DNA of 64,000 nt, from assembly GCA_965247095.1 (NCBI GenBank), contig OZ251997.1, forward strand, positions 2,752,001 to 2,816,000, in the 5' to 3' direction. A model generated the notes under the pieces. It did no database searches. It saw only the letters and a list, made by a program, of their open reading frames with translations, and was not told the origin of the DNA. Within the stretch, counting starts at the first letter, position 1. Each line of letters opens with the position of its first letter. Below are positions 27,498 through 37,067 of the stretch, piece after piece. This stretch comes from Candidatus Multivorans sp. (GTDB lineage: Bacteria; Acidobacteriota; Thermoanaerobaculia; Multivoradales; Multivoraceae). Made by a program: the position numbers and the translations under genes.

Positions 27498-29234
27498 ATG
27501 TCCTCGCTTCCTGACCGCCGCTCCTACGGCTTCGGCCCGTACCTGCTCGATGTGGGTCAGCGCCGGCTGCTCCGGGACGGGCGCCCGATAGGGATGCGCC
27601 CGAAGATCTTCGACACCCTGCGGGCGCTGGTCGAGAACAACGACCGCCTCCTCCACAAGGAGGAGTTGATGGCGATGGTGTGGCCCGGTACCACGGTCGA
27701 GGAGAGCAACCTCACGCACAACCTTTCCGTGCTGCGGAAGATCCTGGGGCAGAGCAAGGAGACCCAGTACGTCGTCACGGTTCCCGGCCGGGGCTACCGA
27801 TTCACGGCCCCGGTCGAGGTCTCTCTTGAAGGGTCGATCGCGGTCCGGCCCTTCGCCAACATGAGCCCCGACCCGGATCAGGCCTTCTTCTGCGATGGGG
27901 TGGCGGAAGAACTGATCGACACGTTGGCCGCGGTCGAGGGCCTGAGGGTTGTGGGCCGAACATCTTCCTTTGACCGCCGACTGAGGAAACTCAGCGCTTC
28001 CTCGGTTGGCGAGAAACTGGGGGTATCGGCGATTCTCGAGGGTAGCCTGCGGAAGGCGGGGGACCGGCTGCGGGTCTCGGCACAGTTGATCCGGACGTCG
28101 GATAGCACTCAGCTCTGGTCCGAGCGCTACGATCGGGAACTGGGAGACGTCTTCGAGATCCAGGAGGACATCGCGCGCGCGATCGTGGATCGCGTGCGCA
28201 CGAAGCTGCTGGATCCGCACCCGGGTCCGGTGGTGGCGCGTCACACGCAAAACCCGGACGTCTATCGCCTCTACCTGGAGGCGCGGTATTGCGTCAATCA
28301 ACAGACCGAGAGCCGTATCCAACAGGCGATCGGGTTTCTGGATCGGGCGCTCGAGATGCAACCGGAGTTCGCCCGCGGCCACGCACTACTCGGGGTGTGC
28401 TACGCGAACCTCGTGGCCTACGGCTTCCTGCCGGTGGACGAGACGGTGGTCAAGGCGAGGGAAGCAGTGCAGCGGGCGCTGGAACTCAACGACTCGAGTG
28501 TGCTCGCGTACCGGGCCTTGGGTCTTGTGAGCACGTTCCAATGGGACTGGTCAACAGCGCAACGGGCTTTCCTGCGGGCTCTGCAGCTCGATCCAGATAA
28601 CTCGACCGCCCACTACTCGTACGGAAACCATTTCCTGTCGCCGGTCGGCCGTGTCGAGGAAGCGGAACGCCAGATCAGAGCTGCCGTAGAGTTGGATCCT
28701 CTGGCGCCCCTGTTCAGCCAGGGTCTATGCCAGATCCTCTACTACACGCGCCGCTACGAAGAGGCCATCGACCAGGCTCGTCACACACTCGCCCTGGAAG
28801 GGGACTATCCAATAGTGCGCTCGCTGCTGGCGGCCTGCTACAGCGCCATGGGTCGCACGGACGAGGCGATCCATGAGCGCCAGGTGCACCTGCGGAATAC
28901 CGGCGGCGAAGAGGAAGCGGAGGCAATCGGGAGGATCTACGCGCAGAAGGGCGAGCCGGGAGTGCTTCGCTGGATGGTCGATCAGCGATTGGAGCAGGTG
29001 AATGCCAGGAATGTCCGTTCTGCCTCCCTGGCGATCCTCTACGGCTGGCTCGACGAAAAGGAACCTGCTCTGTTCTGGTTGGAAGACGCCGTGAAGGCGA
29101 GGCTTGGCGCCGTTCTATGGACCAAGGTGCATCCAGCGTTCGACTGCCTGCGCAACGAGCCGCGGTTCAACGAGTTGGTGGACAGTATGGGCGTGAACGA
29201 TCCCCGCGTGGCGATGCCCGGCGCGGTCGCCTAG
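27498..29234 (+). CDS. transcriptional regulator: OmpR/CadC-type winged HTH + TolB-like domain + TPR repeats
   Basis: FGPYLLD...L..LVEN..RLL.KEELM..VWPGT.VEESNL...LRKILG...TVPGRGYRF; SIAVRPFANMS; LWSERYDR; TPR helices. Confidence 0.88.
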   Translation: MSSLPDRRSYGFGPYLLDVGQRRLLRDGRPIGMRPKIFDTLRALVENNDRLLHKEELMAMVWPGTTVEESNLTHNLSVLRKILGQSKETQYVVTVPGRGYRFTAPVEVSLEGSIAVRPFANMSPDPDQAFFCDGVAEELIDTLAAVEGLRVVGRTSSFDRRLRKLSASSVGEKLGVSAILEGSLRKAGDRLRVSAQLIRTSDSTQLWSERYDRELGDVFEIQEDIARAIVDRVRTKLLDPHPGPVVARHTQNPDVYRLYLEARYCVNQQTESRIQQAIGFLDRALEMQPEFARGHALLGVCYANLVAYGFLPVDETVVKAREAVQRALELNDSSVLAYRALGLVSTFQWDWSTAQRAFLRALQLDPDNSTAHYSYGNHFLSPVGRVEEAERQIRAAVELDPLAPLFSQGLCQILYYTRRYEEAIDQARHTLALEGDYPIVRSLLAACYSAMGRTDEAIHERQVHLRNTGGEEEAEAIGRIYAQKGEPGVLRWMVDQRLEQVNARNVRSASLAILYGWLDEKEPALFWLEDAVKARLGAVLWTKVHPAFDCLRNEPRFNELVDSMGVNDPRVAMPGAVA

Positions 29235-29314
29235 CCCGCTAGCAGCTACGCTACGAGTAAGGGACCACGACCCGCAGGCGTCGCGCGTGGCGCTGAGAGG
29301 AACGTCTGGACGCG

Positions 29315-30121
29315 ATGACCACTCGACTTTCGCAACGCTACGGCGGCGCCGCCCTGATTACAGGCGCCTCCAGCGGTATCGGGGAGGCCTACGCGCGGCG
29401 GCTTGCCGATGAGGGCATGGAACTGGTGTTGGTCGCACGGCGCACCGACCGGCTCGAGAAGCTGGCGCGGGAACTGCGCTCGGCCTCGGGTGTGACGGTC
29501 CATGTCGTTCCCCAGGACCTTGGGGAGCGCGCCGGCCCGCGGCTCGTCTTCGAGGCCGTCGACGATCTCGGGATCGAGGTCGGCATGCTGGTGTCGAACG
29601 CCGGCTTCGGCACTTACGGCCCCTTCGTCGAGCAGGATCCCGAGCTTCAACTGCAGATCGTCGAGGTCAACAACCGGGCGGCCGTGGGGCTGGCGACGAT
29701 TCTCGCTCCGCGGCTCGTTGAGCGCGGTCGCGGCGCGCTGATCTTCCTGTCGAGCACGGCGGCCTACCAGCCGGTGGCGTTCGAGGCGGTCTACGGTGCG
29801 TCGAAGGCGTTCAACCTGATGTTCGGCGAAGCGCTCTGGGCGGAGCTCTCGGAGCACGGAATCGACGTCATCGTGCTGTCGCCGGGATTCACGCCCACCG
29901 AGTACCAGAAGAAGGCCGGCATGGGCGAGCCCGAGCCGGTGACCGGTTGGACGAGCCCCGAGCAGGTGGTGGACGCCAGCCTGCGTCGGCTCGGCCGCGC
30001 CTCCTCGGTCGTACCGGGCTGGCGCAACCGCGTCGTCATCTTCCTGATGCGCATCCTGACGCGGCGCGCGGCGGCGCGCCTAACCTACCGGGTCAACAAC
30101 CCGGCCGGCCGATCAGGGTAG
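29315..30121 (+). CDS. short-chain dehydrogenase/reductase
   Basis: TGASSGIG, NAG, YGASK. Confidence 0.9.
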   Translation: MTTRLSQRYGGAALITGASSGIGEAYARRLADEGMELVLVARRTDRLEKLARELRSASGVTVHVVPQDLGERAGPRLVFEAVDDLGIEVGMLVSNAGFGTYGPFVEQDPELQLQIVEVNNRAAVGLATILAPRLVERGRGALIFLSSTAAYQPVAFEAVYGASKAFNLMFGEALWAELSEHGIDVIVLSPGFTPTEYQKKAGMGEPEPVTGWTSPEQVVDASLRRLGRASSVVPGWRNRVVIFLMRILTRRAAARLTYRVNNPAGRSG

Positions 30122-30141
30122 AGCAGTGACGGCGCAAGCCC

Positions 30142-30825
30142 CTAGCTCGCGGTGGCTTCGCTCCCCTCGCGCAGCCCGGCGTAGTTGTCCTCAAGGAACT
30201 CCTCGAGTTCGTCGGTATCGAAGTTGAACGGTCCCATCCCGCCCTTGTAGGCGATGATGCCGCCCCTGTCGATCACGTAGATGCGCTCCGGCCAGCCGGC
30301 GTAGCAGGCATTGGCGGTGTTGGCGATGTCGTCCACCAGGGTTCGCGTCTTGACATCCATCGCTTCGACGAACTCCTTGGCGAGGTCCATGCGGTCAACC
30401 ATCGTCTTCGGCTGATTGAAGATCAGTTCGTTGGTCACGTTCTTGGGCGCTTGCCACTCGTCGTCGGGGTGGGCTTCCTTGATGTAGATGTAGCTGAACT
30501 CGACCGCCGGGCTCCACTCTTCTCGCACCTCTTCGAGCCGGGCCACACGGGCCCGGAAGGGCGGTCACGTGTAGCTGCCGAAGACGAGCACGAGGGGCTT
30601 GGCAGCCCACAGGGCGGAGAGGCGCATCGGATCGCCGCCGACCAGGTCCAAGGGCAGGTCGGGGGCGAAGTCGCCGACCTGGAGGATGCCCTCCGTGCGA
30701 ATGTCGTACTCGTTGAGCCGGATGAGTCCGCGCTCCGCCAGGAAGCGGTAGGTCTTGAAGCCACCCCATCCGAGGACACCGAGGATGACCAGACTGACAA
30801 CGACTATCGTGACCCAGCGGTTCAT
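30142..30825 (-). CDS. iodothyronine deiodinase-like thioredoxin-fold selenoprotein (in-frame UGA at 30565-30567 read as Sec)
   Basis: The two ORF-track pieces (30565-31188 and 30142-30546) are in one frame: TM anchor, VGDFAPD, KPLVLVFGSYT-U-PPF, YIYIKEAHPDDEW, VDDIANTANACYAGWPERIYVI, YKGGMGPF. These match DIO-family motifs (FGSCTUPPF, YI.EAH..DGW, Y...PERL, YKG..GP). Confidence 0.88.
30531..30564 (-). promoter_or_regulatory. putative bacterial SECIS element immediately 3' of the UGA
   Basis: UGA-CCGCCCUU-CCGGGCC-CGUGU-GGCCCGG: 7-bp stem whose apical loop begins 16 nt after the UGA and carries GU; possible lower CUUC/GAAG pairing. Confidence 0.65.
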
Positions 30826-30872
30826 GGCGGACTCTCCTCGTGGTATGGGGCGGAAACTATAGCGGAACCGCG

Positions 30873-32054
30873 CTAGGCGGCCTTTCCGACCACGGAGACG
30901 CAGCTCACGCAGTTGCCGGGAAGTCCTCCGAGGTTGTGGGTCAGTCCGATGCGCGGGTCGGCGACCTGCCGTTCGCCGGCCTCGCCGCGCAGTTGTAGCC
31001 AGATCTCGTACATCATGCGCAGGCCGCTGGCGCCGATCGGGTGGCCGAAGCTCTTGAGTCCGCCGTCGGAATTGATCGGCTGGCGACCGTCGAGTTGGAA
31101 GCGGCCGTCCAGGCAGTCTTTCCAGGCCTTGCCGCGCTCGGAGAATCCGAGGTCCTCCATCAGCACCAGCTCGGTCGGAGTAAAGCAATCGTGGACCTCC
31201 GCCAGACTGATTTCCTCGCGCGGGTTGGTGATGCCGGCCTGCCGGTACGCGTCCTCGGCGCTCGCGACGACTTCGGGGAAGGTGGTGAAGTCATAGTCCG
31301 GTTTCTTGACTCCTTCGGCCGGCCCGACGACGAATCCGACGCCCTTCAAGAGAAGCGGGTCGTCGCAGTAGCGGTGGGCGTCCTCGGCCCGGCAGAGGAC
31401 CGCGGCGGCAGCGCCGTCGCTTACTCCCGAGCAGTCGAAGAGCCCGAGCTTGCCGGCGATCGCAGGAGAGGACTTGATCCGTTCCAGCGGTACCTCGCGC
31501 CGGAACTGGGCCTTGGGGTTCTTGGCCCCATTGGCGTGGTTCTTGTACGCGATCCGGGACAGCACGTCCTTCAGCGTGTCTTCGCTGACGCCGTACTTCT
31601 CGGCGTAGGCCGGCACGATCATGGAGAACGCCGCCGGCGGCGTCATCTCGAGTTCGGTGCCGTCTGTCGTCGGATTCAGATCGAAGAGCCCGGAGTAGCC
31701 CGAGTCCTTCAGCTTCTCGACACCGAGGGCCATGACGATGTCGTAAGCGCCGCTGGCGACCGCATAGGCCGCGTTGCGCAGAGCTTCGCTACCGGTGGCG
31801 CAGAAGTTCTCCACGTGGGTGACCGGCTTGTAGCGAATCTTCAACGGCTCGGCGAGGAGCAGACCCGAGGCGAGGGTGCCGGCGCTGCCGAGCCAGAAGG
31901 CGTCGATCTCGGCGAGATCGAGCCCCGCCGAAACGAGTGCCTCTTGCGACGCCGTCAGGGAAAGATCGCCGATGCTCTGATCCCAGTGCTCTCCGAAGGA
32001 AGTGCATCCCATCCCGATGATCGCGACCCGATCCTTGATTCCATGACTCGGCAT
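30873..32054 (-). CDS. SCP2/SCP-x-type thiolase (acetyl-CoA acyltransferase)
   Basis: VENFCATGSEA, EVHDCFT (HDCF), KSFGHPIGASG. Confidence 0.9.
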   Translation of the reverse strand: MPSHGIKDRVAIIGMGCTSFGEHWDQSIGDLSLTASQEALVSAGLDLAEIDAFWLGSAGTLASGLLLAEPLKIRYKPVTHVENFCATGSEALRNAAYAVASGAYDIVMALGVEKLKDSGYSGLFDLNPTTDGTELEMTPPAAFSMIVPAYAEKYGVSEDTLKDVLSRIAYKNHANGAKNPKAQFRREVPLERIKSSPAIAGKLGLFDCSGVSDGAAAAVLCRAEDAHRYCDDPLLLKGVGFVVGPAEGVKKPDYDFTTFPEVVASAEDAYRQAGITNPREEISLAEVHDCFTPTELVLMEDLGFSERGKAWKDCLDGRFQLDGRQPINSDGGLKSFGHPIGASGLRMMYEIWLQLRGEAGERQVADPRIGLTHNLGGLPGNCVSCVSVVGKAA

Positions 32055-32090
32055 GACCTTCTCCTTCGCAAGTCCGATCGGCCCTCTTCT

Positions 32091-33473
32091 TCAGCGCCGC
32101 GGTCTGGCCTTCCAGAAGTAGTTGTGAATGCCTTCAGCGGAGTGCAGGCAGCGAAACGTCATCTCGACCCGGTCCCCGATCCGCACGTTGTGCGGGTCGA
32201 TGTCGGTGAGTTGGCAGGGTAGCCTGCCGCCTCGATCGAAGTCGAGCATGGCGACGACCACCGGCGGCTGCAGGGAATAGGCGAGATTGTCCTGCGTGTA
32301 GGTGGCGATTGAAGCCGCCCTGTCGGCGAAGGACTCGGGCTCGGTCTCGTCGATCGAGTCGCACTCGACGCACACTCTCTGGGGCGGCAGGTTCGCCGTG
32401 CCGCAGTTGGCGCAGCGCGATCCGACGAAGCCGAATTTCCAGCGCTTGGCGCGATACGACGGCGGCGCTGCCGGCCGCTTCGGGTCGGGACGGCGAGGCT
32501 TCTCGAATGGAAGCACGCCGCGCCACTTGAGGTAGGTGTTGTATTGCAGGTCGTTGCGCTTGGCCTCGATCCATCGTCCCACGCTCCGCTCGGGGCGGTT
32601 GGCGGCGATCGCGTCGGTCACCTCGAAGATGATCGCGTCGGCGCCGTCGATGCCGGCGATGACCGCGATCCGGTCGCCGGGCTCGGCCCGGTCGAGAACG
32701 TTTGCCAGGGCAAGGCCCACATGCGCGGTGCCGGCCCGCCCGACGGAGGCCGCGAGATCGTCGGCCAGGCGATCGGCGGGAATGCCTGCCTTGGCGACGA
32801 AGCTCCGCACCGCGCGCGGGTTCGTGCTGTCCACGATGACCCTGGTCAGGCTTTCCGCGGCAACGCCGGCGCCGGTCAGGGCCTGCTCCAGCGCGCGCAG
32901 CATGAGGGGAACGATGATCTGAGTCCCGAACCGCTCCTCCCATTGATTGGCGAAAGGCTCATTCGGCGCCCGCCACACGTCCATGAACTCGTCGGTCGCT
33001 GAGCCGCTGCCCAGAACTTCCGCGCAAGCTTCGACGCTGGGACCGAAGCTGAAGGCCGCGGCCCCGTCGCCGCCGGTCGCTTCACGCGCACCGCCTGGGG
33101 CGCCGACCATCACTTCGCTCAGGCACACGAGCGGCCGTCGTCCGCCGAGGGCCAGGTCATTGCCAAGCGCCAGGGAAGACAGGCCGGCCCGGCTCGAGCC
33201 GCCGAAGTCGTGCCCCCCAACGCCGGGCGGCAAGTCGAGCGCCGCATGGATGGTGGCGGCGTCCAGTTTCTCGGCGTAGGCGGGCGTTGTCGTTGCGAAG
33301 CAGAGAGTGTCGATCCGGGCGCCGCCGCGCAGAGCCTCGCGCGCCGCCTCGACCGCCATCGACACCGAGCTCTCGTCGTAGCTCGCCGCGGCGCGCTCAC
33401 CGCGGCCGCCGAACACGGCGCGGTTGAGGCGGTTGTACGGTACGTAGGCGCCGTAGGTGACGATTCCAGCCAA
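32091..33473 (-). CDS. HMG-CoA synthase-like domain fused to a DUF35 (Zn-ribbon + OB-fold) domain
   Basis: AGIVTYGAYVPYNRL, DESSVSMAVEA, GDGAAA; C-terminal CANCG...PPQRVCVEC and VRIGDRVEMTFR...NYFWKA. Confidence 0.85.
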   Translation of the reverse strand: MAGIVTYGAYVPYNRLNRAVFGGRGERAAASYDESSVSMAVEAAREALRGGARIDTLCFATTTPAYAEKLDAATIHAALDLPPGVGGHDFGGSSRAGLSSLALGNDLALGGRRPLVCLSEVMVGAPGGAREATGGDGAAAFSFGPSVEACAEVLGSGSATDEFMDVWRAPNEPFANQWEERFGTQIIVPLMLRALEQALTGAGVAAESLTRVIVDSTNPRAVRSFVAKAGIPADRLADDLAASVGRAGTAHVGLALANVLDRAEPGDRIAVIAGIDGADAIIFEVTDAIAANRPERSVGRWIEAKRNDLQYNTYLKWRGVLPFEKPRRPDPKRPAAPPSYRAKRWKFGFVGSRCANCGTANLPPQRVCVECDSIDETEPESFADRAASIATYTQDNLAYSLQPPVVVAMLDFDRGGRLPCQLTDIDPHNVRIGDRVEMTFRCLHSAEGIHNYFWKARPRR

Positions 33474-33496
33474 CTTCGTGCTGCTCCCTGCCGCTG

Positions 33497-36088
33497 CTAG
33501 CGATCCCCGACCCAGAACGGACTCGACCAGGCCCGGCCGCCGTCGAGTTGGGTTACCCGAACATAGTAGTAGTCGCCGTCCGCAACGTCCTCGAAGTCCA
33601 CGAACTGAACCTCCCGGTCGAGGGCGCCGCTTGGATCGACCGCCTGCAGGTGGAGGCGGTCCAGGTGAGGTCCGACCGGCAGCTCATGATGGAGGCGGCC
33701 GGCCTCAAGCTCGCCGAGCCGGACTTCGAAGTCGGCGGCGGCGATCCGGGCGGCGGGCCTGACCGCCGGTGCGAAGCCGAACTCCGTGGTCGCCTCCAGG
33801 CGGAAGCGGAGCCGGGTTTGAGGACCGGCGCCATCGAGTTCGACCAGGAACGAGTCGGCGCGGCCGCGAGTCAGGATGCGGAACCTGGCGCCGTCCCGCG
33901 ACCTCTGGTCGAGCCGCGAGACTTGATCGCGAAGCGGGTTGTCGAGGCCGGTCGGTGCGATGCCGATAACGCGCGCTCCCTCGACTTCGAGGGTACCTTC
34001 CCACTGTCGGTAGCCGCGGGGGTTGTCGAGCTGCTCGCCGAAGACCTCGGAAGAGGATTCGAAGGACACCTGCAGCCAAGTGTGCGGCTTGAGCGGTTCG
34101 GCAAGGTAGTGCTTGCTGAGGATGATGTCGCCGTTGCGCACCACGTCGATTCGATCGATCGGCGAAGTGCCGTTGACCTTCACCCGGATCTCGCGCCGCC
34201 CGGCGCTCTCCTGCCGGCGCCCCATGCCGGCGCCGTTCAGAGTCGCCTCGAGCAGAATGCGTTGCCCGGAAGTGGCGTAGCACGAGAGGTTACGCAGCGC
34301 CGAGAACACGGCGTCTCTGCTGAGTTCGGGGGCCAGCACGGCGGCCAGACCCCCGGGCTGGGAGACGCTCGAGAGGGGTCCCGGCGCCAGTCCCGGCTTG
34401 GCATGGTGGTCGTCCGAGGCGGCCACGAAGCCGAGTTCGAAGCCGTTCTTGAGGTAGCGGTTGGCAAACCACTCGAAGCTGCCGTGAACCGAGTAGAGCT
34501 CGACCAGCTTCTCCAACTCGGGATCGCTGCGGGTCCAGTCGCCGGCGCGATGGGCGTGCGGAATGACCAGGACCTCGTCGGGATCGTAGATCGCATGCAG
34601 TTGGCGATAGAGATCGGGCAGCCGGGTCGCTTCCTGAACGGAGACTCGACGGCTCCAGGGATCGCGAAAAAAGACGTTGTGGTGCCCGCCACGGTTGCTG
34701 AACGCCGTCCATTCGTAGCCCAGGATGCCGATGAAGCGACCCTCTTCGCTGAAGTCGCGGGTCAGCTCCCCGAGGTGAAGCCACTCGCTGTCGTCCATCC
34801 AGATGTCGTGCTCCGAGAGCGTCGCGAAGTCGAGGCGGGCGTCCCGGCTGGCGTACTCGAAGAACGCCCGCGCCGAGCCGGTTCCCTCCGCCAGTCCGGT
34901 GTGGCCGTGGGTGTCGCCCCAGAGAATGCGCTCCGCCGGTTCATGCTCGACGCGAATCGGGTTGCTGGTGGCGCGCAACCGGCCATCGACCGAGCGCACC
35001 TCGAGGCGGTGGACTCCGGGCGCTTCGATCACCAATTGGTCGACCACCGTCAGGGCATCGTGGCCGGCCTCGACCCTCGCCATGGCGTCCCCGTTCAGGA
35101 ACACCTCGTAGGCGGGAATCGCGCCGCTGGCCCGATTGATGGCCCGGTCTTCGCTTCGCACTGTGATCTCGAAGGCTTCGCCGACACCGACGACGGAGGG
35201 CGCCAGGATCCGAACGCCGTGGACTTCGGCCTCGCCGACGACCTCGATTCCCGGCAACTCGGGAGTCAGGTACGTCCCGCTGCCGTCGATGTCCACGTAG
35301 ACCGGTAGCAGCAGCTCGTCACTGCTGAATGCCGGCACCGCGAGACGGCTCGATTCGCCGCCGTAGGTGAACGTGACCGTTTCCCCCGGTTTGAGCGCGG
35401 CCCCCTCAAGCCGGAAGCCGGGCAGCGGACGTTTGCCTGGGACGTGCGAGTGGACACCGTTCCATTCCACCTGGACGGGCTCGAACAGAGCCGAGGGGTT
35501 GGAACTGCGCACCGAGACGAAGTTCTCGGCGGCCGGATCCTGGTTCTGGGGTCGGGTTTCGTTACCGGTCCCCGACTTGCCGACCAGGAATCCTCCGCCG
35601 AGCGCGAGGCCGCGGGCGCCGGCGGTGTACGTCTGCTCGACGATGACCCGGGTGCCGGAGACCAGGGGGCCGGCCGTGGTCATGCGCAACGCGCCCATTG
35701 CCTGCGGATCCGACTCCTTCAACTCGAGTTCCCGCACGTACTGATCGAACCGCTCCACTTGTGTCTGAAGGTACAGATCGATAGCTGGCGGCAGGCGAAC
35801 TTCACCGCCGTCCGCTTCGGCGAAGCGAACCAGGGCCACCGTGAGGGGTAGATCCGCCGGCAAGACGCCTCCGTCGAGGGCGAAGCTGTTGGCCCAGTCC
35901 CACAGCGTGTCGGTGCGGCGGAAGATGTTGTCCGCCGACGTGGGCTCGCGCTCGATGTCCGCGATCAGCTTCTCGACCCGGTCGCGAAGGTCTTCGGCAG
36001 TCTGGACGGACTCGGGCGCGGGAGAGCAGCCAATCCACAGCAGTGCCAGCGCGACCAGCGCGGCCGCGCTTTGACGCCGGGACGGCAT
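33497..36088 (-). CDS. large PHP-fold (DUF3604-like) metallohydrolase lipoprotein, paralog 1
   Basis: Lipobox WIGC; WGDTHGHT, LDFATLSEHD, GYEWT, GGHHNVFF, IPHAH, ASDDHH, YATSGQRI, YYYVRVTQLDGGRAWSSPFW. Confidence 0.8.
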   Translation of the reverse strand: MPSRRQSAAALVALALLWIGCSPAPESVQTAEDLRDRVEKLIADIEREPTSADNIFRRTDTLWDWANSFALDGGVLPADLPLTVALVRFAEADGGEVRLPPAIDLYLQTQVERFDQYVRELELKESDPQAMGALRMTTAGPLVSGTRVIVEQTYTAGARGLALGGGFLVGKSGTGNETRPQNQDPAAENFVSVRSSNPSALFEPVQVEWNGVHSHVPGKRPLPGFRLEGAALKPGETVTFTYGGESSRLAVPAFSSDELLLPVYVDIDGSGTYLTPELPGIEVVGEAEVHGVRILAPSVVGVGEAFEITVRSEDRAINRASGAIPAYEVFLNGDAMARVEAGHDALTVVDQLVIEAPGVHRLEVRSVDGRLRATSNPIRVEHEPAERILWGDTHGHTGLAEGTGSARAFFEYASRDARLDFATLSEHDIWMDDSEWLHLGELTRDFSEEGRFIGILGYEWTAFSNRGGHHNVFFRDPWSRRVSVQEATRLPDLYRQLHAIYDPDEVLVIPHAHRAGDWTRSDPELEKLVELYSVHGSFEWFANRYLKNGFELGFVAASDDHHAKPGLAPGPLSSVSQPGGLAAVLAPELSRDAVFSALRNLSCYATSGQRILLEATLNGAGMGRRQESAGRREIRVKVNGTSPIDRIDVVRNGDIILSKHYLAEPLKPHTWLQVSFESSSEVFGEQLDNPRGYRQWEGTLEVEGARVIGIAPTGLDNPLRDQVSRLDQRSRDGARFRILTRGRADSFLVELDGAGPQTRLRFRLEATTEFGFAPAVRPAARIAAADFEVRLGELEAGRLHHELPVGPHLDRLHLQAVDPSGALDREVQFVDFEDVADGDYYYVRVTQLDGGRAWSSPFWVGDR

Positions 36089-36936
36089 CAGCTATTGATC
36101 ACCTGGTCGATCACGTGCCGGATGGCGGCCGGATCCCAAGGGTCGTCGCTCGTGTACTGCTTGACGCCTACGGTGCTCATCATGCGATAGGCGAAGATGT
36201 GTGTCCCCTCGACTCCCAGCGTCTGACCGGTGATGTGAGCGGCGTCGTCCGATGCCAGGAAGACGACCAGGGGTGAAGCGTGTTGGGGACCGTAGCGAGC
36301 GCCGAAGCTCTCGGTGACGCCCGGATTGTCCGCGGTCATGCGGGTGTAGGCGGTGGGCGAGATCGCGTTGACAGTGATTTCGTAGCGCTGCAGCTCCATG
36401 GCGGCGGTGCGCGTCAGGGCGTAGATGCCGGCCTTGGCGGCGGCGTAGTTGCTCTGCCCGAAGTTCCCCTGCATTCCGGCAACGGATGTCGTATTGATGA
36501 TCCGGCCGCCTCGGCCCTGCTCGCGCATCACGCGCCCGGCCGCCTGCAGGCAACTGAAGGTGCCGCTGAGGTGCACCGCCAGGACCGCCTGCCACTCCGC
36601 TTCGCTCATCTTGAGAGCCGTTCGATCGCGCAGGATGCCGGCGTTGTTGACCAGGACGTCGACGCCGCCGAAGGCATCGACCGCCTGCTGGACGAGTTGG
36701 CCGGCGGCATCGAAGGCGCCGACCGCGAGCTTGCTGGCGACGGCATCCCCGCCATCGGCGCGGATCCGGGCGACGACCTCGTCGGCAACGTCACTCTCGC
36801 CCGAACCGTCGCGCGCGCAGCCCGGGTCGTTGACCAGGACGCGCGCTCCTTCCCTGGCGAGGAGAACGGCGTGGGATCTGCCCAGGCCGTTGCCCGCGCC
36901 TGTGACGATGGCTGTTTTTCCGGCCAGCAGTCCCAT
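36088..36936 (-). CDS. SDR, MFE-2-type 3-hydroxyacyl-CoA dehydrogenase-like
   Basis: TGAGNGLGR.HA, VLVND, NNAGILRD, GNFGQSNYAAAK. Confidence 0.9.
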   Translation of the reverse strand: MGLLAGKTAIVTGAGNGLGRSHAVLLAREGARVLVNDPGCARDGSGESDVADEVVARIRADGGDAVASKLAVGAFDAAGQLVQQAVDAFGGVDVLVNNAGILRDRTALKMSEAEWQAVLAVHLSGTFSCLQAAGRVMREQGRGGRIINTTSVAGMQGNFGQSNYAAAKAGIYALTRTAAMELQRYEITVNAISPTAYTRMTADNPGVTESFGARYGPQHASPLVVFLASDDAAHITGQTLGVEGTHIFAYRMMSTVGVKQYTSDDPWDPAAIRHVIDQVINS

Positions 36937-37067
36937 GGGCCTCCTCTCTTGAGTCTCGATCTCTGGCGGTGCACTCTAGCGCCTCCGTAACTCGTCTCGG
37001 CGCCGCCGTGCTAACTTGACCTCGACCGTCCAGCCGCCGTCCCAGCCTGAAGGAGCGTGGTACGCGA

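Noticed and set aside
30565-30567. Nonsense mutation making the deiodinase-like gene a pseudogene
   Set aside because: The stop is TGA at exactly the Sec position of the family, both halves are intact and a SECIS-like hairpin follows; recoding is more parsimonious.
30873-33473. Mevalonate pathway or phloroglucinol (phl) biosynthesis
   Set aside because: The HMGS-like domain lacks the catalytic Cys, there is no HMG-CoA reductase or type III PKS nearby, and the context is catabolic.
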